DNA from: Octopus sinensis
Taxonomy: Eukaryota
Reading direction: 5' to 3'
DNA: 64,000 nt
NCBI RefSeq assembly: GCF_006345805.1
Contig: NC_043008.1
Location: 68,758,001 to 68,822,000, forward strand
This document shows positions 27,907-44,329 of the stretch, piece after piece. The notes under the pieces are model-generated. The model ran no database searches. It saw only the letters and a program-made list of their open reading frames with translations, and was not told where the DNA came from. The position numbers were made by a program, and so were the translations under genes. Position 1 is the stretch's first letter; every line of letters begins with the position of its first letter.

Positions 27907-28192
27907 TTAATTAGTAAGTTTTATTGTATTAAAAAAATATATTTTGTGCAATTATTTGCATTTTATTAGTATTTAACTTGTCACCACTTTAACTTCTTTT
28001 CTTTGTATAGATTGTGTTCCATCTCACGCTTCTTTGCAAGACATCTGCTTCAGGTTCATCGTATTTTCTTATATCTCTTCGAGCCCTTGGGGCAAATAAT
28101 GAAAAAGACCATCATCATTATCATTATTTTACTGTTTTGGTCTTATTCTTATTCTTATTATTGCTAATATTATTTCGTTCTTGTTGTTGTTG

Positions 28193-28225
<33 letters not shown>

Positions 28226-28979
28226 CAAATGATATACGACTTGCATACTAGATTCTCTTTGAAAAAGATTTGTATTTCATCATTGTTGCACATCTAAATC
28301 CTATTCGACTTCTCATGGTTGAAAGGTTTAAGTGAAAGTAATCATTCAAAAGCCAGCCGTTATTTCTATCGCCACTTCCAATTTCAAACGACCACTAATC
28401 AATCTCTTATAATTTTCTTATTCGTTCTATTAAATTCTCCAGACTCAACAAGCGCTTAACAGATCTCTCCTCCCAAGGCTACACACAATGTCTGTGATCT
28501 TGGAAATATTCCAGTAACGGCAAAAACCTACTTCTAGGTCAGCCATGTTAGAAGTGTTCGGAGGCCACGCTAGCGGCGTTGCAAATGCAGACACATCTTA
28601 GCGAAGGTAAATTCTTATTGTTGACCTATTTTATTTGATAATATTTAGTTTCACCAAATACCAAATATTATATATGGTTCAGTTAGCAAATTAATGTAAT
28701 AATAGATTTTAAAATCTACTTAGAATATTTCCTTTTATTCAGTAATTCCAGTGTTGATGAAGATAGCTTGTTATACATGGACTCCGTAAACAAAACTATT
28801 TATGCTTATTACATAGATATAGGGTGGATAGTGGTAGCCTCTTGGCGATGGCAGGACAATGTTAGATTGTAAAAATCTTGATAATGTTTATAAATATCGA
28901 TTTGATAATAGCAATGTGTTTGTTTGATGGGGTATATGTGAACACGTTAACTCAAGAGCCGAAGTGTGTTAACGTTTAT

Positions 28980-29363
28980 TGGGTAGATGAAAACTGTAGA
29001 TATTAACTGGATAAATAAAGTGTGAAAATATCGATTAAAGAGATAAGCATTCTAAATACGCATATACTGATTATTTAGACACGACGTATAAATGTAGATG
29101 TTGAGTAGATAGACATGTTTTGTAGATTGTGTCTAGATATATACGTTGTATAAATTATTGATTAAGATAGACTCAGTTGAGAGATATTGACTGAATTTAT
29201 ACAGGGTGTATACTGTTAACTAGGCATACATATGGTTTAAATATTGACTGGACAGACACAATGTATGAATTTTGATTGGATAGAACGGTGTATGGATGTT
29301 GACAGATAAATATAGAGATGTCAACTTGTTAGATTAATCGTATAAACATGACAGAATAGATGT

Positions 29364-29414
<51 letters not shown>

Positions 29415-30110
29415 ATAAATACCATGTATAATTATTGGCTGGTTAATTACAGCATATAAATGTTGACAGAATTGACATGGCCAACAGGTGTCAATACTTT
29501 AGATAAGGCGTATGAATGTCACAGAAGAGACATGGTAAGCAGATATCAACTAGATAGATACGGTGTATAAACTTTGACTGAATAGATACGATATATAGAT
29601 ACTGAATGGATAAATAGAACGTATGTTGACAGAATCGATATAGCGAATAGATGTTCACTGGATAAGGACAATGTATAAATATTGACAGAATAGACAAGGT
29701 AAGTAGATGTCAACTGATCAGATAAAGTATATAGATTGGTATATATGTGAATTAGATACAGTGTTTAACTATTGACAGAATAGATACAGCGTATAAATAT
29801 TGAGAGAATAGATACTCTTTATGATTGTTGATCGAATAGATACGATGTATAGATGTCGACAGATACAGTGTACAAATGTTAATAGAATAGACACAGTGTA
29901 TAGTTGTCGACTGGATGCATTGAGCCAATATATTGATAACTAAGTCGATGCATATTGTAGGTATAACAAGATAAACGAAGCTTGCACGGAATGACTTTAC
30001 ATACAGATTGTTTATGGATAGGTATAGCAAATTAAGTCGACCGGATTGTCGTTAGAGTCAGTGATTGGATTGATATAGTGTGTAGATATTCACTAGAAAG
30101 GGTGCAAGAG
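28980..30110. repeat. Highly diverged minisatellite, period about 27-29 bp (approx. ATAGATACAGTGTATAGATGTTGACTG)
   Basis: Recurrent TTGAC(A/T)G.ATAGA motifs; related patches near 33600-33850 and 37030-37290. Confidence 0.65.
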
Positions 30111-30232
30111 ATTTTGGCGCTACTATTAGCTTGTCAAATGGCTCTATGGAAGAAGCTTCCATGGTGGTTTGTATAGATCTTGTTTGGATAGGTAAGCAGT
30201 ATGTCTGTACACACACACACCACACACACACA

Positions 30233-30310
<78 letters not shown>

Positions 30311-31094
30311 AAGAGCTCTCAGGTATCTCTTTTAATACGTAAAAAAAATAAATGCGCCCTTTAAAAGCCTATCCAGGCTCATGGGCCCGGTTTCCCGGTT
30401 TCTATGACGTATGTGTTCCCCAGCTGGATGGGACGCCAGTTCATCGCAGCGTTACTCATTTTTGCCCGCTGAATGGACTGGAGCAACGTGAAATGAAGTG
30501 TTTTGCTCAAGAACACAACACGTCACCCGGTCCAGGAATCGAAACCACAATCTTACGATCATGATGCTGACACCCTAACCACTAAGCCACGCGCCGACAC
30601 CTTTTAAAACATAGATGAAATTATATGAGAAAACTCAGATAAAATGTGACCTCATTTAATGTATAGAACTCTCAGTTTCGTCCTGGAACTAAAGTTAAAA
30701 TGCAGTCGGATAGAAAGTAAATTTTATAGCTACATTACATTTCAACATCTCCCCTTCACGTTCCTTTTACAATTTAAACCATAGCAGAATAATGAAATAA
30801 GCTAGCTGCGCATAAATAAACACATTTCGCTTCGAGGCACACTTGTGGAAAGACCCTGACTGAAGGTGAAGAGTAGAATACTTTGGGTTGTATGCGCAAC
30901 TGCACATGCTCAATGAGGCAGAAATACTTGTCATTTTTACTAATTATTCTGTATAATTAACTGTTCAATTAAAAGAAAAAATTGAACATATACCAGTCTC
31001 CGTATTGTTTGTAATTGCTATGAATATATATACACATACTGTATATATATATATATACAGTATGTGTATATGTATCTATCTATATATCTATACA

Positions 31095-31155
<61 letters not shown>

Positions 31156-31162
31156 TTAATAA

Positions 31163-31240
<78 letters not shown>

Positions 31241-31388
31241 ACTTGGTTCTTTCAGTTTCCGTCTACCAAATCCACTCCACTCAGAAGGGTTATAGTAAAA
31301 GACACTTGCTCAAGTTGCCCATTTGGGACTGAACCCGGAACCATGTGGTTGGTAAATAAGCTACTTACCACACAGCCACACTCCTGCG

Positions 31389-32115
<727 letters not shown>

Positions 32116-32116
32116 T

Positions 32117-32188
<72 letters not shown>

Positions 32189-32195
32189 TTATTAA

Positions 32196-32240
<45 letters not shown>

Positions 32241-32517
32241 GTATATATATATATATGTATATAATATATATATGTATATATATACGTGTTTGTGATTGTC
32301 CCCTAACACCACTTCAAACCGATGCTGGGTGTGTTTACGTCCCCGATAGACCGATAGAACAAGTACTGGGCTTACAAATGACTGAAACAAGTAAAAGAGT
32401 AAAAGAGTGTATATATATATATATATAGATATATACGACGGGCTTCATATATATAATGAATAAAACAGTAGATAGAAGAATAAAGAGTACAGACAGGAGA
32501 ATAAAATTCACAGTTAT

Positions 32518-32745
32518 GGCGGCGAGCTAGCAGACACGTTAGCGCGCCGGGCGAAATGCTTAGCGGTATTTCGTCTGTCGTTACGTTCTGAGTTAAAATT
32601 CCGCCGAGGTCAACTTTGCCTTTCATCCTTTCGGGGTCGATAAATAAAGTACCAGTTTCACACTGGGGGCGATATAATCGACTCAATCCCTTCGTCTGTC
32701 CTTGTTTGTCCCCTCTGTGTTTAGCCCCTTGTGGGCAGTAAATAA
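32518..32745 (+). mobile_element. SINE family B (central GCCTTTCATCCTTTCGGGGTCGATAAA domain, Nin/Deu-domain-like)
   Basis: Copies at 40639-40865 plus, about 35230-35440 plus, 20860-21055 minus, 59797-59920 minus, about 60330-60560 minus; domain name from recall. Confidence 0.8.
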
Positions 32746-33184
32746 ATATATATATATAAAACTGTGAACTTTTATCGAATCCCTAAAGAACGAAAAGGTA
32801 TTTAAACTCCTATTTCTAAATTCGGTGAATGATAAAGTAATTAGCTGACCCCTGATTATAATTATGTTTATAATTATAGAATGTTTGTATAATTTTACCT
32901 AAAATGGTTATTTTAACGTACCGAACTACTTGGTAAAAATTATTAATTAATTAATTTTACCGCGTTATTATTATTGAAATATATATATATATATGCGACC
33001 GGCTTCTTTCAACTTCCGCCTACCAAATCCACTCACAAGGCGTTGGTCGGCCCGAGGATATAGTAAAAGACACCTTCCCAATGTGCCATGCAATGGGATT
33101 GAACCCAGAACCATGTGGTTGGGAAGCAAGCTATTTAGTATGCAGCCACTCCTGCGCCTATATATATATATCTATATATATCTA

Positions 33185-33228
<44 letters not shown>

Positions 33229-33407
33229 ATATATATATATATATATATAATATATATGTATGTATGTAGATATATACATATATATATATACACACATATA
33301 GATATATAGATATATAGATATATAAATATGTACACACACACTCACATGTACCATATATATACATACATATATGAATAATATGTATATATGTATATATAAA
33401 TAAATAA

Positions 33408-33456
<49 letters not shown>

Positions 33457-33470
33457 GGTATGTATGTATG

Positions 33471-33556
<86 letters not shown>

Positions 33557-34138
33557 CGCTGTGGGATGCAGTGTATGGATGTTGCCTATGCATCCATTTG
33601 AAGACGATAAACACCGACTGTGAAGGTTGAGTAGAGAAGTATAGTCTTTAGATATTGATTTGTCACAGTGGTTTCATGTTGACAGTATTGATACAGATTG
33701 TATCAAATATTGATTATTACGTAGCTGTATATCGTCGATGTTGATTGAAGCATCAAAAACTGCGGATGTTGATTAGATAAACATTAGTTGTATATATATA
33801 CAGACGTTGCTTCAAGCCATGAACTAAATATACAATTAGTGTTGATAGAGTCGTTGTTGTTTTTACTTAGCCACAGATCGGCCTTGAGCAAATAGACCTA
33901 TAATCAAAGGCAATTCAGTCATGACTATTCCATCTCTTTTTCTCGATTCGTCATTGTTTTTAGATAGTGATTTGAAGTAGATTTGGCTGCTATTTCTAGC
34001 TGGTAGAGCTGCCACGTAGACCGAAACACGTCTGGAGTTGTCTCCCTTGTCTGAAAGCTCCTTGTTTTCATTATCTGTACACTTTTCGTACAATTGTGTG
34101 CACACACATGCACGCACACATACACACACACAAATAAA

Positions 34139-34176
<38 letters not shown>

Positions 34177-34338
34177 TATATAAATTAAGGATTTAGCAAC
34201 AATTTGCTTCACCATACACACACACACACACACACGAACACACATACACACATACGGACGAACACATGCACACACGCACACACACTCACTCACACAAACC
34301 CGCACACACAAAAATTTGTGTAGAAATATATATACATA

Positions 34339-34725
34339 GGCCCAGGTGTGGCTGTATGGTAAGAAGCTTCCTTCCCAACCACATTGTTCTGGGTTCAATC
34401 CCGTTGCGAGACACCTTGGGTAAGTGCGTACGTTGGTCGGCTCGAGACCGACCAAAACCTTGTGAGTGGATTTGGTAGACAGAAACTAAAAGAAGCCCGT
34501 CATATATATATATCAAAGTGTGTATGTCTTTGTGTTTATGTTTGTCTTCTTAGCACCACTTGACAACCGGTGTTGGTGTGTTAACATCCCCATAACTTAG
34601 CAGTTTGGCAAAAAACAGCGGTAGAAGAAGTAGCATGCTTAAAAGATAAGTCGTGGGGGTGGACTAAAAGGGGGTTCTCCAGCATGGCCACAGTCAAATG
34701 ACTGAAACACGTAAAATAATAAAAG
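34339..34725 (+). mobile_element. SINE family A copy
   Basis: Colinear with 15743-16152. Confidence 0.8.
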
Positions 34726-34799
34726 AATATATATATATATATTATATATATATATATAATATATATATATATATATTAAAGAACATATATATATACATA

Positions 34800-34860
<61 letters not shown>

Positions 34861-35535
34861 AATAAATATATATAATTAGGGTTTAGCAACAAGTTTCTTC
34901 ACCATACACACACACACACATACATACACACATACACACACACACACACATATATTGATCTGTATATAAGCGGTTTTAGCATATAACTGCATTTAGCAAT
35001 AGTGGTTTCAAATGTTTGCACAAGGCCAGCAATTTCGAGGGACAGTTTAGTTGATTACATCGACCTCAGTACTCAGCTGAGAATGAAAGGTAAAGTTGAC
35101 CTCGGCGGAATTTGAACTCAGAGCGTGAAAACGGACGAAATGTCGCTAACGATTATAGCTGCCGTGCTAAAGATATTGTCAACTTGTCATCCAAAAATGT
35201 TTTTGGTAATATTGACTACTCTTTAAGGCAGTAATCTGGTGTAATCGTTAGCACGCGGGCAAAATGCCCAGCGGTATTTCGTCCGTCTTTACATTCCGAG
35301 TTCAAATTCCACCGACGTCAACTTTAGCATTCATTCTTTCGAGGTCGATAAAAGAAAAACCCATTGAGCGCTGGGGCCGATGTGATCGACTTAACCCTCT
35401 TCTACATCTTGCTGGCCTTGTGCCAAAATTTATAATCAATATTGGTGATTCTTCAAACATTCCCTATGTATGTATGTATGTATGTATGGTATGTATGTAT
35501 GCACACATGTGTGTATCAATATATATATATATATT

Positions 35536-35585
<50 letters not shown>

Positions 35586-35738
35586 CATGCTTACATACAT
35601 ATATAGACGCACACGCATATATATGCATAAAACACATATATATATGTACATATATACACACACACACACATATATATATATACATACGTACATGTATAAA
35701 CATATACATACATATATATATTATATATATATATATAA

Positions 35739-35780
<42 letters not shown>

Positions 35781-35920
35781 ATTACATCAAGAATATCAAA
35801 TGATCTCACAGCGTAGGGGAACAGCTGTAGGTGTCAAGAATTTGACGTTATATTGAATGGAAATTTTCAAATAAATTGATACCTATATACTAATTTTCTT
35901 TTTCTTTTTCTCATACAAGA

Positions 35921-35955
<35 letters not shown>

Positions 35956-37549
35956 ATAAATATATATATATATACATATATTTATATACATACATATATA
36001 TACAATACATATATGTATACATACATAAATACGCACATATCTGCATGCATACATACATATATATACAAACACTTTCACGTAGGATCACAGACTAACATTT
36101 GTGAATACAAAAGCGAATTCACAAGGGATCTGAGTACAATTATTTAGGAACATTGGAAGCCAATACCATAAAAGAAACCAATTTTATGTGGACCCTGAAG
36201 AATATGTATGTATCTTTTATCTTGTACTCGTCTTGTAGACTGCAGGTTTGCTGGTACATCACCTTGAAAAATTTTAAGCATACGAATCAATCCCTGTACT
36301 GATATTGTTTTAAAGCTTAACACTTATTCAATCGTCTTTCTTTTGCCGATCGGCTAGTTTACGGGGATGTAAACACACCAACAGCGATTGTCAAGCGGTG
36401 TTGGGAGTCAAACACAAAGACACATACACATACTCACATACACAAACACACACACATATATATATATATATATATTCACGACGAGCTTCCAGTTTCCGTC
36501 TATTTTGGCCAGCTATATATATATATATATATAATATATATATATATACACACACTCATACACATAGTCATACATACATACATACATACATACATACAGC
36601 AAGTCCCATCTGTGAGTAGAACAGTAAAAATATGCAAGACTTTTCTCAAGTTCCAAATGTGAATTTGACTGCGTTAACTACATCCCAAAGATGGAGCCTT
36701 ATATCTTTGTTTGAAACCGGCTCCCTCCTCAGTGGAAGATTTATAATAATAAAAAATAGTAGACATACATACATACATACATACATACATACATACATAA
36801 ATACATACATACATACATACATACATTTAAACACTTGTCCAAGGTGCCACTCTGTAAGATTAAGCCTTGAACGATGTGGCTCAAAAATAAACTTCTTATC
36901 ACACAGCACGCCTGTATATTTAAAACAACAATGTAAACTCCACATTTGCATCATTTATTGACTACTACGTTTGAATGTAATCCATCTCGATTGAGCCAAA
37001 TTCAACTGGGAGAAGACACACACACATACACATAAAGTATATAATCACTTTGTAGATGTTGGTAGAAGTGACAATATATAGATGCTAACGATATAGTTAC
37101 AGCCTGTATATGTTAATTAGATAAAGTATGCAGATATTGACTGAATAGACATAGTATATATTTGCTAAAATATAGCTTCGATAGTAAATGTTGATTGACT
37201 AGGATCAATCTATAACTATTGATAAGATTGGCAATCGAAGTTGTGTAGAAAGACAAAGTACTTAGATATCGATTAGATTGACAAAGTGAGAAGCCTCTGA
37301 TTGGTTAGAAACAATTCTGAAATACAACAGCAATTACGTAGTACGTTGAAGTCAGTTGTGTACGAATGTTGTTACGTCATCATTTTTTTTTCTAGATTAC
37401 TTATAAGAACGTCTACACCACCGGACGAATCATTATGGATGCGATACGTATACACTTATTTTGAATACTGGATACAAACACATACACACCAACAATAACA
37501 CACAGACACACATTCATAATACATTCATACACACACATATACTTAAATA

Positions 37550-37860
37550 AGTGAGGATTCTTCCGAAAGTAATGCTAAAGTGGGCATGATTCTTTTATTA
37601 ACTGACATGAATCATTCAAACAGAACATGGTAGATTTGTTCCTTTATATAGAATCTCTTCTTCTCATTGCTGGAAGATAATGAGTTCGAAATAAGAGCAA
37701 TGTTCTGTCATTGAGTTCCTGATGAAAAAAGTGCGGATTGTCCGACTTCTATAGAAAGTGACAGATAGTTTACGCAGACGACGCGACTGACAACAGAATA
37801 TGCGCAGATGGATGAAGAACTACAAACGAATGAAAACCAACGTTTTGAAGATGAACAAGA
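37550..37860 (+). mobile_element. Mariner N-terminal relic
   Basis: EQCSVIEFL...VYADDA...RRWMKNYK resembles the mariner HTH region. Confidence 0.45.
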
Positions 37861-39863
37861 CAATACTAAACGATTCCAATATGTACGACTGATATTTCAT
37901 ACGTAATACATATGTTTATTACATACAAATTTGTTATTTAAAGAACATTTAAGTATACGAAAATAAAGATGAGATTAATAAACAATAGACAAAAGCAACA
38001 ACAGTAGCAACAAAAAATGAACTTTTAACATAGACCAAACGAAACGAAACAAACTTTTCAATACAAACTAAAGTGGAACGAGCTTAAAACAACGTAATTA
38101 AAACGTAATCAAATTACTAATGTCCATTAATAACTTCAATATCAGCAAAATTGGAGCAGCCCTGTCAGAATGGTCAATGAAATTCGCATCGCGAGTTTAT
38201 GGCGACCACGATACGAAAGTAATGAAACAATGTTTTAGAAGCAGCGTCCTCTGCAAAGATTGGATCTAAACAAAATAAAACAAAATAAAAATACTCTTTT
38301 GGATCAATGAACATAGCATTGAAGCCTTACATTTCTATTAAACATTAACACATATCCATCACACAAGAGCAGTAAGTAAGAGACGTATGAATGATGGAGG
38401 GAAAAAAACAAAGAAAAAGCGAGGAAAATATAAAGACGGATACATTTGCAAGTTAGGGAGATTAATAATAAGCAATAAAAGACACCCGAAATTGAAATAA
38501 GACGACTCATAGAAAGAGTACACAGTGAAAGTAAAACAACACAACCAACTTAATCTTAAAGATTACCTTCCACAATGAATGGAAGCATTTCTACAGAAAC
38601 CTTCAGTTACAGAACACAAGAACTGTGTATAAGGAAGGAAGCATTTCAGTAGAGACAACTACTCATCTCATGAATAAATCCTTTAAATGCAGTGAAAATA
38701 CTATAGAACCAACCATGCAAAAAACAAACAAACAAAACGTCTCTGAAAGAAAAAAAGAAAAAATTACCGATATTGTAAAAAGATCTAAAATCCAAATTGA
38801 TTGAGAAAATCATCGAAGTCCTTGTGGAACCAAATACACAACCTTAAAATTATACCTTCGATCCCACAATTAACAACTAGAGTTAAGATATAGGAGGAGA
38901 ATAAGGGGGAAAATGTGGAGGAGCAGGAAACGTGGAGAGGGAGGAGCTAATAGAAACAATAAAAAATAAAAGAGAACATAACAAAATTGATAAATATCGG
39001 TTTGATATGAAGTAAATCAAAGATAACCACCGATAGGTTGCCACTGTGATACCTTCAGATTCGAGAAAGGCAATTATATATTCAAGTTAACTTGAATGTA
39101 CGGAGTCATGTGAGAACAGTTAACCTGAAATTGACTGACAACCTAAATTTGTCACTAAGTTCTTTTACACTGATAAAACAACAACAAAAAGAATGTAGGT
39201 AAAAATCAATCAAAAGGACAAGAGGCATAAAATAAAATGTAACAAAAATATATCAGAGATAACTGCTACCTTCTGAAGCCTCTGTACTTTGCGATAAAGT
39301 TTAACTAACCAGCACGACTAACCAATATACAGTGCTAACTCGATACAACCGAAATTGTTAACGGTCACGAAAGCAGTTAGGTATGGCGGGAAACAACCAG
39401 ATAACATGGCCACCGGCCTTACAAAGCCATTCACTGGAACGATATGGAAGCTGCTTGGGTAAATTTTCCTTTCTCAGCTTTCCGTTTCACTCTCTGCACA
39501 CATTTCATATCTGAACTCACCTATTTTCCCCTTTATTTTTATTAGATTCTTGTGTTTTTCTACATCAACCAGCGCAATATTTCAACCTGCTTATTCTCTG
39601 CTGCATCTCTCTCTCTAGTTTGAATTTCTGTCTATCTTTGCATTCTTTTGTCCCTCTCTGTTTGTCTTTCTCTCGCTTCTATATTTTTCTTTCTCTATGT
39701 TTTTTTATTTCTATATCTCTATCTGTCCGTCTCTTAATTTCTCTGTCTTTCGTATATTTTCGTATATCTATCCTATCTTTTATTGCTTTTGTATGTCTCT
39801 CACTCATAGCATATCTTTTCCCACTGTATATCTCTCTCTTACCATCTCTATTTCTTGTTCTGC

Positions 39864-39921
<58 letters not shown>

Positions 39922-40573
39922 GCGCGCGCACACACACACACACACGTATATAAAAAGCATTTGCCATATTTATACCATTTCACTGACAATAACCATCGCT
40001 ATGAATTCCTTTAATTTCCTTTAAAAATTTCATCCAGCATTCAAAAAAAGCTTAATTTAGTTTTGCATTAATTTTAAGCTGTTCTAGACAGGTATGTGAT
40101 CATACACTTATATCCAACGCGCATGGCTCTCTAAAAGTTTATAAGTTCCTCAATTTATTACTAAACCAGTTCACCACTTTAGAAATCGTATGTAAGCCTT
40201 TAAAGGATAGATGCTTGTAGTTGAGGTTAGTTACACGACCCATCCATTCTATCATTCTGTTCAATTAAGTGTTGAACAAGGATTGCTAATTATCCAACGC
40301 TATAAAACACTCTCTATCTTTCCGACTCTGCGTATAGCCACAGGCTACAGGTATGACATAAGAATTCATAGAAAGTGTACCTGGTTCCGACCGTAAAATA
40401 TTTCCGATATTTCTTTTGTATGGAATAACACATGTTTTACGATTCTGTTCCATTTATGCTTTAAAAACTACAGTCATAACACCGAAATTTTAAAACTAAT
40501 TTGAAATATTTGCTTGAGTACGTTAGAATACATTTCTGTGTGTGCATGTATATTTGCATGTGTATAGACAAAG

Positions 40574-40606
<33 letters not shown>

Positions 40607-40638
40607 CACACACACACACACATGTATATATATATATA

Positions 40639-40861
40639 GGCGAGCTAGCAGAAGCGTTAGCGCGCTGGGCTAAATGCTTAGCGGTATTTCGTCTGTCGTT
40701 ACATTCTGAGTTCAAATTCCGCCGAGGTCGACTTTGCCTTTCATCCTTTCGGGGTCGATAAATTAAGTACCAGTTACGCACTGGGGTTGATGTAATCAAC
40801 TTAATCCCTTTGTCTGTCCTTGTTTGTCCCCTCTATGTTTAGCCCCTTGTGGGCAGTAAAG

Positions 40862-40865
<4 letters not shown>
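40639..40865 (+). mobile_element. SINE family B, full length
   Basis: GGCGAGCTAGCAGAA head, GAGTTCAAATTCC box B, family B body. Confidence 0.85.
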
Positions 40866-40922
<57 letters not shown>

Positions 40923-42165
40923 ACATACATAACTCTGCCACACACATACATATATATACATACATACATAACTTGCCACACACATACATATATATGCCAT
41001 ATCACTTTCATTATTTCTGAAAAACTTCTTATATCTAAATATTCTTCAATCTCCCTCAATCACTCAATCTCGGCCTCTTTCTAATGACCTTTATCAACAT
41101 CTGTATATTGGTTACGATAATAAACATGATGAATCTGATGATGATGCTGATGATGGTGGTGATGGTAGTGGTGATGATGATGATGATGATAGTGGTGATG
41201 ATGATGAGCGTCCTCCTCCTCTTCCTCCTCTTCCTCCTCTTCCTCCTCATCATCATATACAGCATCTTCAAGTTAAATATCAACTGCTTTGCCTTCGTGG
41301 AACCTGTCTGGGACAGCAAAGGTTATGAACTATAATTAAAACATCCAGGCTAAGTAATAAAAATATTTACTACCACCTCCACCCCCACCACAAATAGTAT
41401 AACTTTCGACGCCATCGAAGATCAGTACAAATACTACCACTGGCACCAATATCGGCACAACTCATCCAGCGCCACCATTACCCCCACCACGAATGCGGCC
41501 ACCACCATCATCGCAGCACCACCACACCTATCATAACCGCAACGAAGACGTCGATGATGACGACCAACCAACAACAAAGGCATACGTGCATACACACACA
41601 CACTCACAACACACAAACCCATCTTCCATCCGTCCATCCATCCAACCACCCATCCATCTATCCATCCATACGTGCATACACACACACACACACACAGACA
41701 CGTTGTTGAATATGTTATCGTAGCACTCCGACAGTTACGACGACGAGGATTCCAACTGATCCGATCAACGGAACAGCCTGCTCGTGAAATCAACGTGCTA
41801 GTGGCTGAGCACTCCACAGACACGTGTACCCTTAACGTAGTTCTCGGGGAGATTTAGCGTGACACAGAGTGTGACAAGGTTGGCTCTTTGAAATACAGGT
41901 ACAAACATAAGAAAGAAAGAAAGAGCGTGAGAAAGTTGTGGTGAAAGAGTACAGCAGGGTACGCCATCATCCCCTGTCGGAGCCCTGTGGAGCTTTAGGT
42001 GTTTTCGCTCAATAAACACTCACAACACCCGGTCTGAGAATCGAAACCGCGATCCTACGACCACAAGTTCGCTGGCTTAACCACTGGGCCATTGTATGTG
42101 TAGTTTATATATACATATATGTAGTTTATATATATATATATACATTACATATACATATACATATA

Positions 42166-42992
42166 TAGGGTGCGTAAGGTATTTGAGGACATACCTTTTT
42201 TGGGTCATTGCTGCATTTTTTGCTAACTCTGTATAATCTTTGTTTTAGAAAATAATTATAGCAAACCCTCAGTTTGCTCAAAAAAGGAAGAGGTATGCTG
42301 TTATTGTGGCCATAAAGGCTGAGCATAGCGATTTAGAAATATCTCGATTTCTAAAAGTTGTCAGATATTTAGTCTACAAAGTGTGTATGACTGAAGACGG
42401 AAACGTATCACTAGTATCAAAGAATAAAAAAGCATTCTAAACACTCTGAAATCATCAAAAGATTTATCCAACAAGTTCAACAGACCATTGATTAAAATCT
42501 CAGAAATTCCATGAGGTCATGCACGAAAGATCTCCACGTGTCAGAAGAAACAGTCAGAAATGTTGTCCACAAAGACATCAGATATACGACGCTATAATAA
42601 AGCTTCCTTGTATATATATGTATATATATATATGATGAGGAAAGGTCAATTTGTCAGAAAAAGCAAAAAAAAAAAAAATCACTACATCAGATCTAAGAGG
42701 CTATTTAACAAACTGAAAAATCCAGCAGAAGATTTGATTTGGTTTTTCTCAAACGAGAAAAACTTCGACCAAGATCAAAAAGTTAACAGAAGAAATGACA
42801 GATGGTTAGCCCATATTACCAAAGATTCTTTGAAAGCTGGCATAGTCAGAGTAATATCCCAAATTAACCAGGAACACTTGATTCGAGCATGTAGAGGATT
42901 TAGATCTCATATAGAAGCAATTATTGAAGCTGAAGGTGGCTTTATTGAGGTATATAAACATAAATATGTCCACAAATATCTTACCTACCCTG
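42166..42992 (+). mobile_element. Internally deleted maT-like transposon with TIRs and TA target
   Basis: About 28-bp imperfect TIRs (AGGGT..GTAAG.TATTTG.GGACATA); MRKGQF, WFFSNEKNFDQDQKVNRRNDRWL fused to IEAEGGFIE. Confidence 0.85.
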
Positions 42993-43024
42993 TATATATG
43001 TATATATATATTATATATATATAT

Positions 43025-43070
<46 letters not shown>

Positions 43071-43075
43071 GTATA

Positions 43076-44257
43076 CAGGGGGTGGACAAAATAACGGAAA
43101 CACCTAGCATCATAGCATCATAATTTTGGAATATTTATAAAACCGTCAAAAGCTTGTTTATTTTTATGTTTTTTGATTTATTATTAGTGTTGCTTAATAT
43201 GTTTTGCTAGAATTACTGTTTCTTTTCACATACCATTAGAAAAAGGTAATGAAAATTCATTAAAATGACAGATTTATCGGACTTTCAAAGAGGTTAAATT
43301 GTTGGTGTTCTTATGGCAGGCGCTAGCGTAACGAAAACAGCCGAAATGTTTGGTGTATCAAAAAGTACTGTCTCGAAAGTAATAATAGCCTTTGAGGGAA
43401 AAACCTCCTCGTCGAAACAAAACTCCGGAAGAAAACCAAAACTTTCAGGTAGGGACCCTCGGGCTCTTACACGAATTGTTAGTAAGGATCACAAAAGTAC
43501 AGTTCCCAAAATTAGTGCAGAGCTTAACGACCACCTCAAGAATCCAGTTTCCACAAAAACGTTTCACCGGGAGCTGCACAAAGCCGGATTTCACAGGAGG
43601 GCTGCAATAAGAAAGCCACTACTTTAAAAAAACAAACGTTGTAAAGCGTTTAGAGTAGAGTAAAAACCTACAGAATTAGTCCCTAGAGCAGTGGAAGAAT
43701 GTTATTTTCTGGGACGAGTCATCCTTTACCTTATTTCCGACCACCGGCCGTGTATACGTGTAGAGACAGTCAAAAGAAGCATTTGACCCAGACTGCCTTC
43801 TTCCAACTGTTAAACATAGAGGAGGATCTGTGATGATCTGGGCTACATCTTTGAAATCCGCCGGCCCAATGGTTTCTCTTCATACCAGAATTAATAGTCA
43901 AGACTATTAAACCATTTCATCTGATCAAATTTATCCTATGGTTGCGGAACTGTTCTAGTGAAGTTGAACATCTTATATGGCCACCACAGTCCCCAGATCT
44001 CAATATTATTGAACATTTATGGTGCATTTTAGAAAAACAAGTAAGGTGTCGATATCTTCCACCACCATCACTACAAGAAGTAGAGACTGTTTTAGCTGAA
44101 GAATGGACAAAATTTCCTTTCGAAACAATTCAAACTTTGTACGAGTCCATACATCACAGAATTCAAGGTGTAATTACTGCCAAAGGCGGTCCTACCCCAT
44201 ATTAAAATAAATTTGTCTGAAATTTTAAGGTGATTCCTTTATTTTGTCCAACCCCTG
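43076..44257 (+). mobile_element. Tc1-like transposon, both TIRs and TA flanks, decayed transposase (43265-44205)
   Basis: TIR CAGGGG(G/T)TGGACAAAATAA; MTDLSDFQRG, SGRKPKLS, VIFWDES, WPPQSPDLNIIEHLW, AKGGPTPY; second catalytic Asp region deleted. Confidence 0.92.
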
Positions 44258-44275
44258 TATATAACAACAACAATG

Positions 44276-44329
<54 letters not shown>

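Noticed and set aside
28980-30110. CRISPR-like array
   Set aside because: No conserved repeat alternating with unique spacers, no cas genes, eukaryotic context.
32852-32890. CTGAT-TATAATTAT gttt ATAATTATA-GAAT hairpin resembling a hammerhead relic
   Set aside because: Both core boxes are incomplete, and AT-only hairpins arise easily by chance here.
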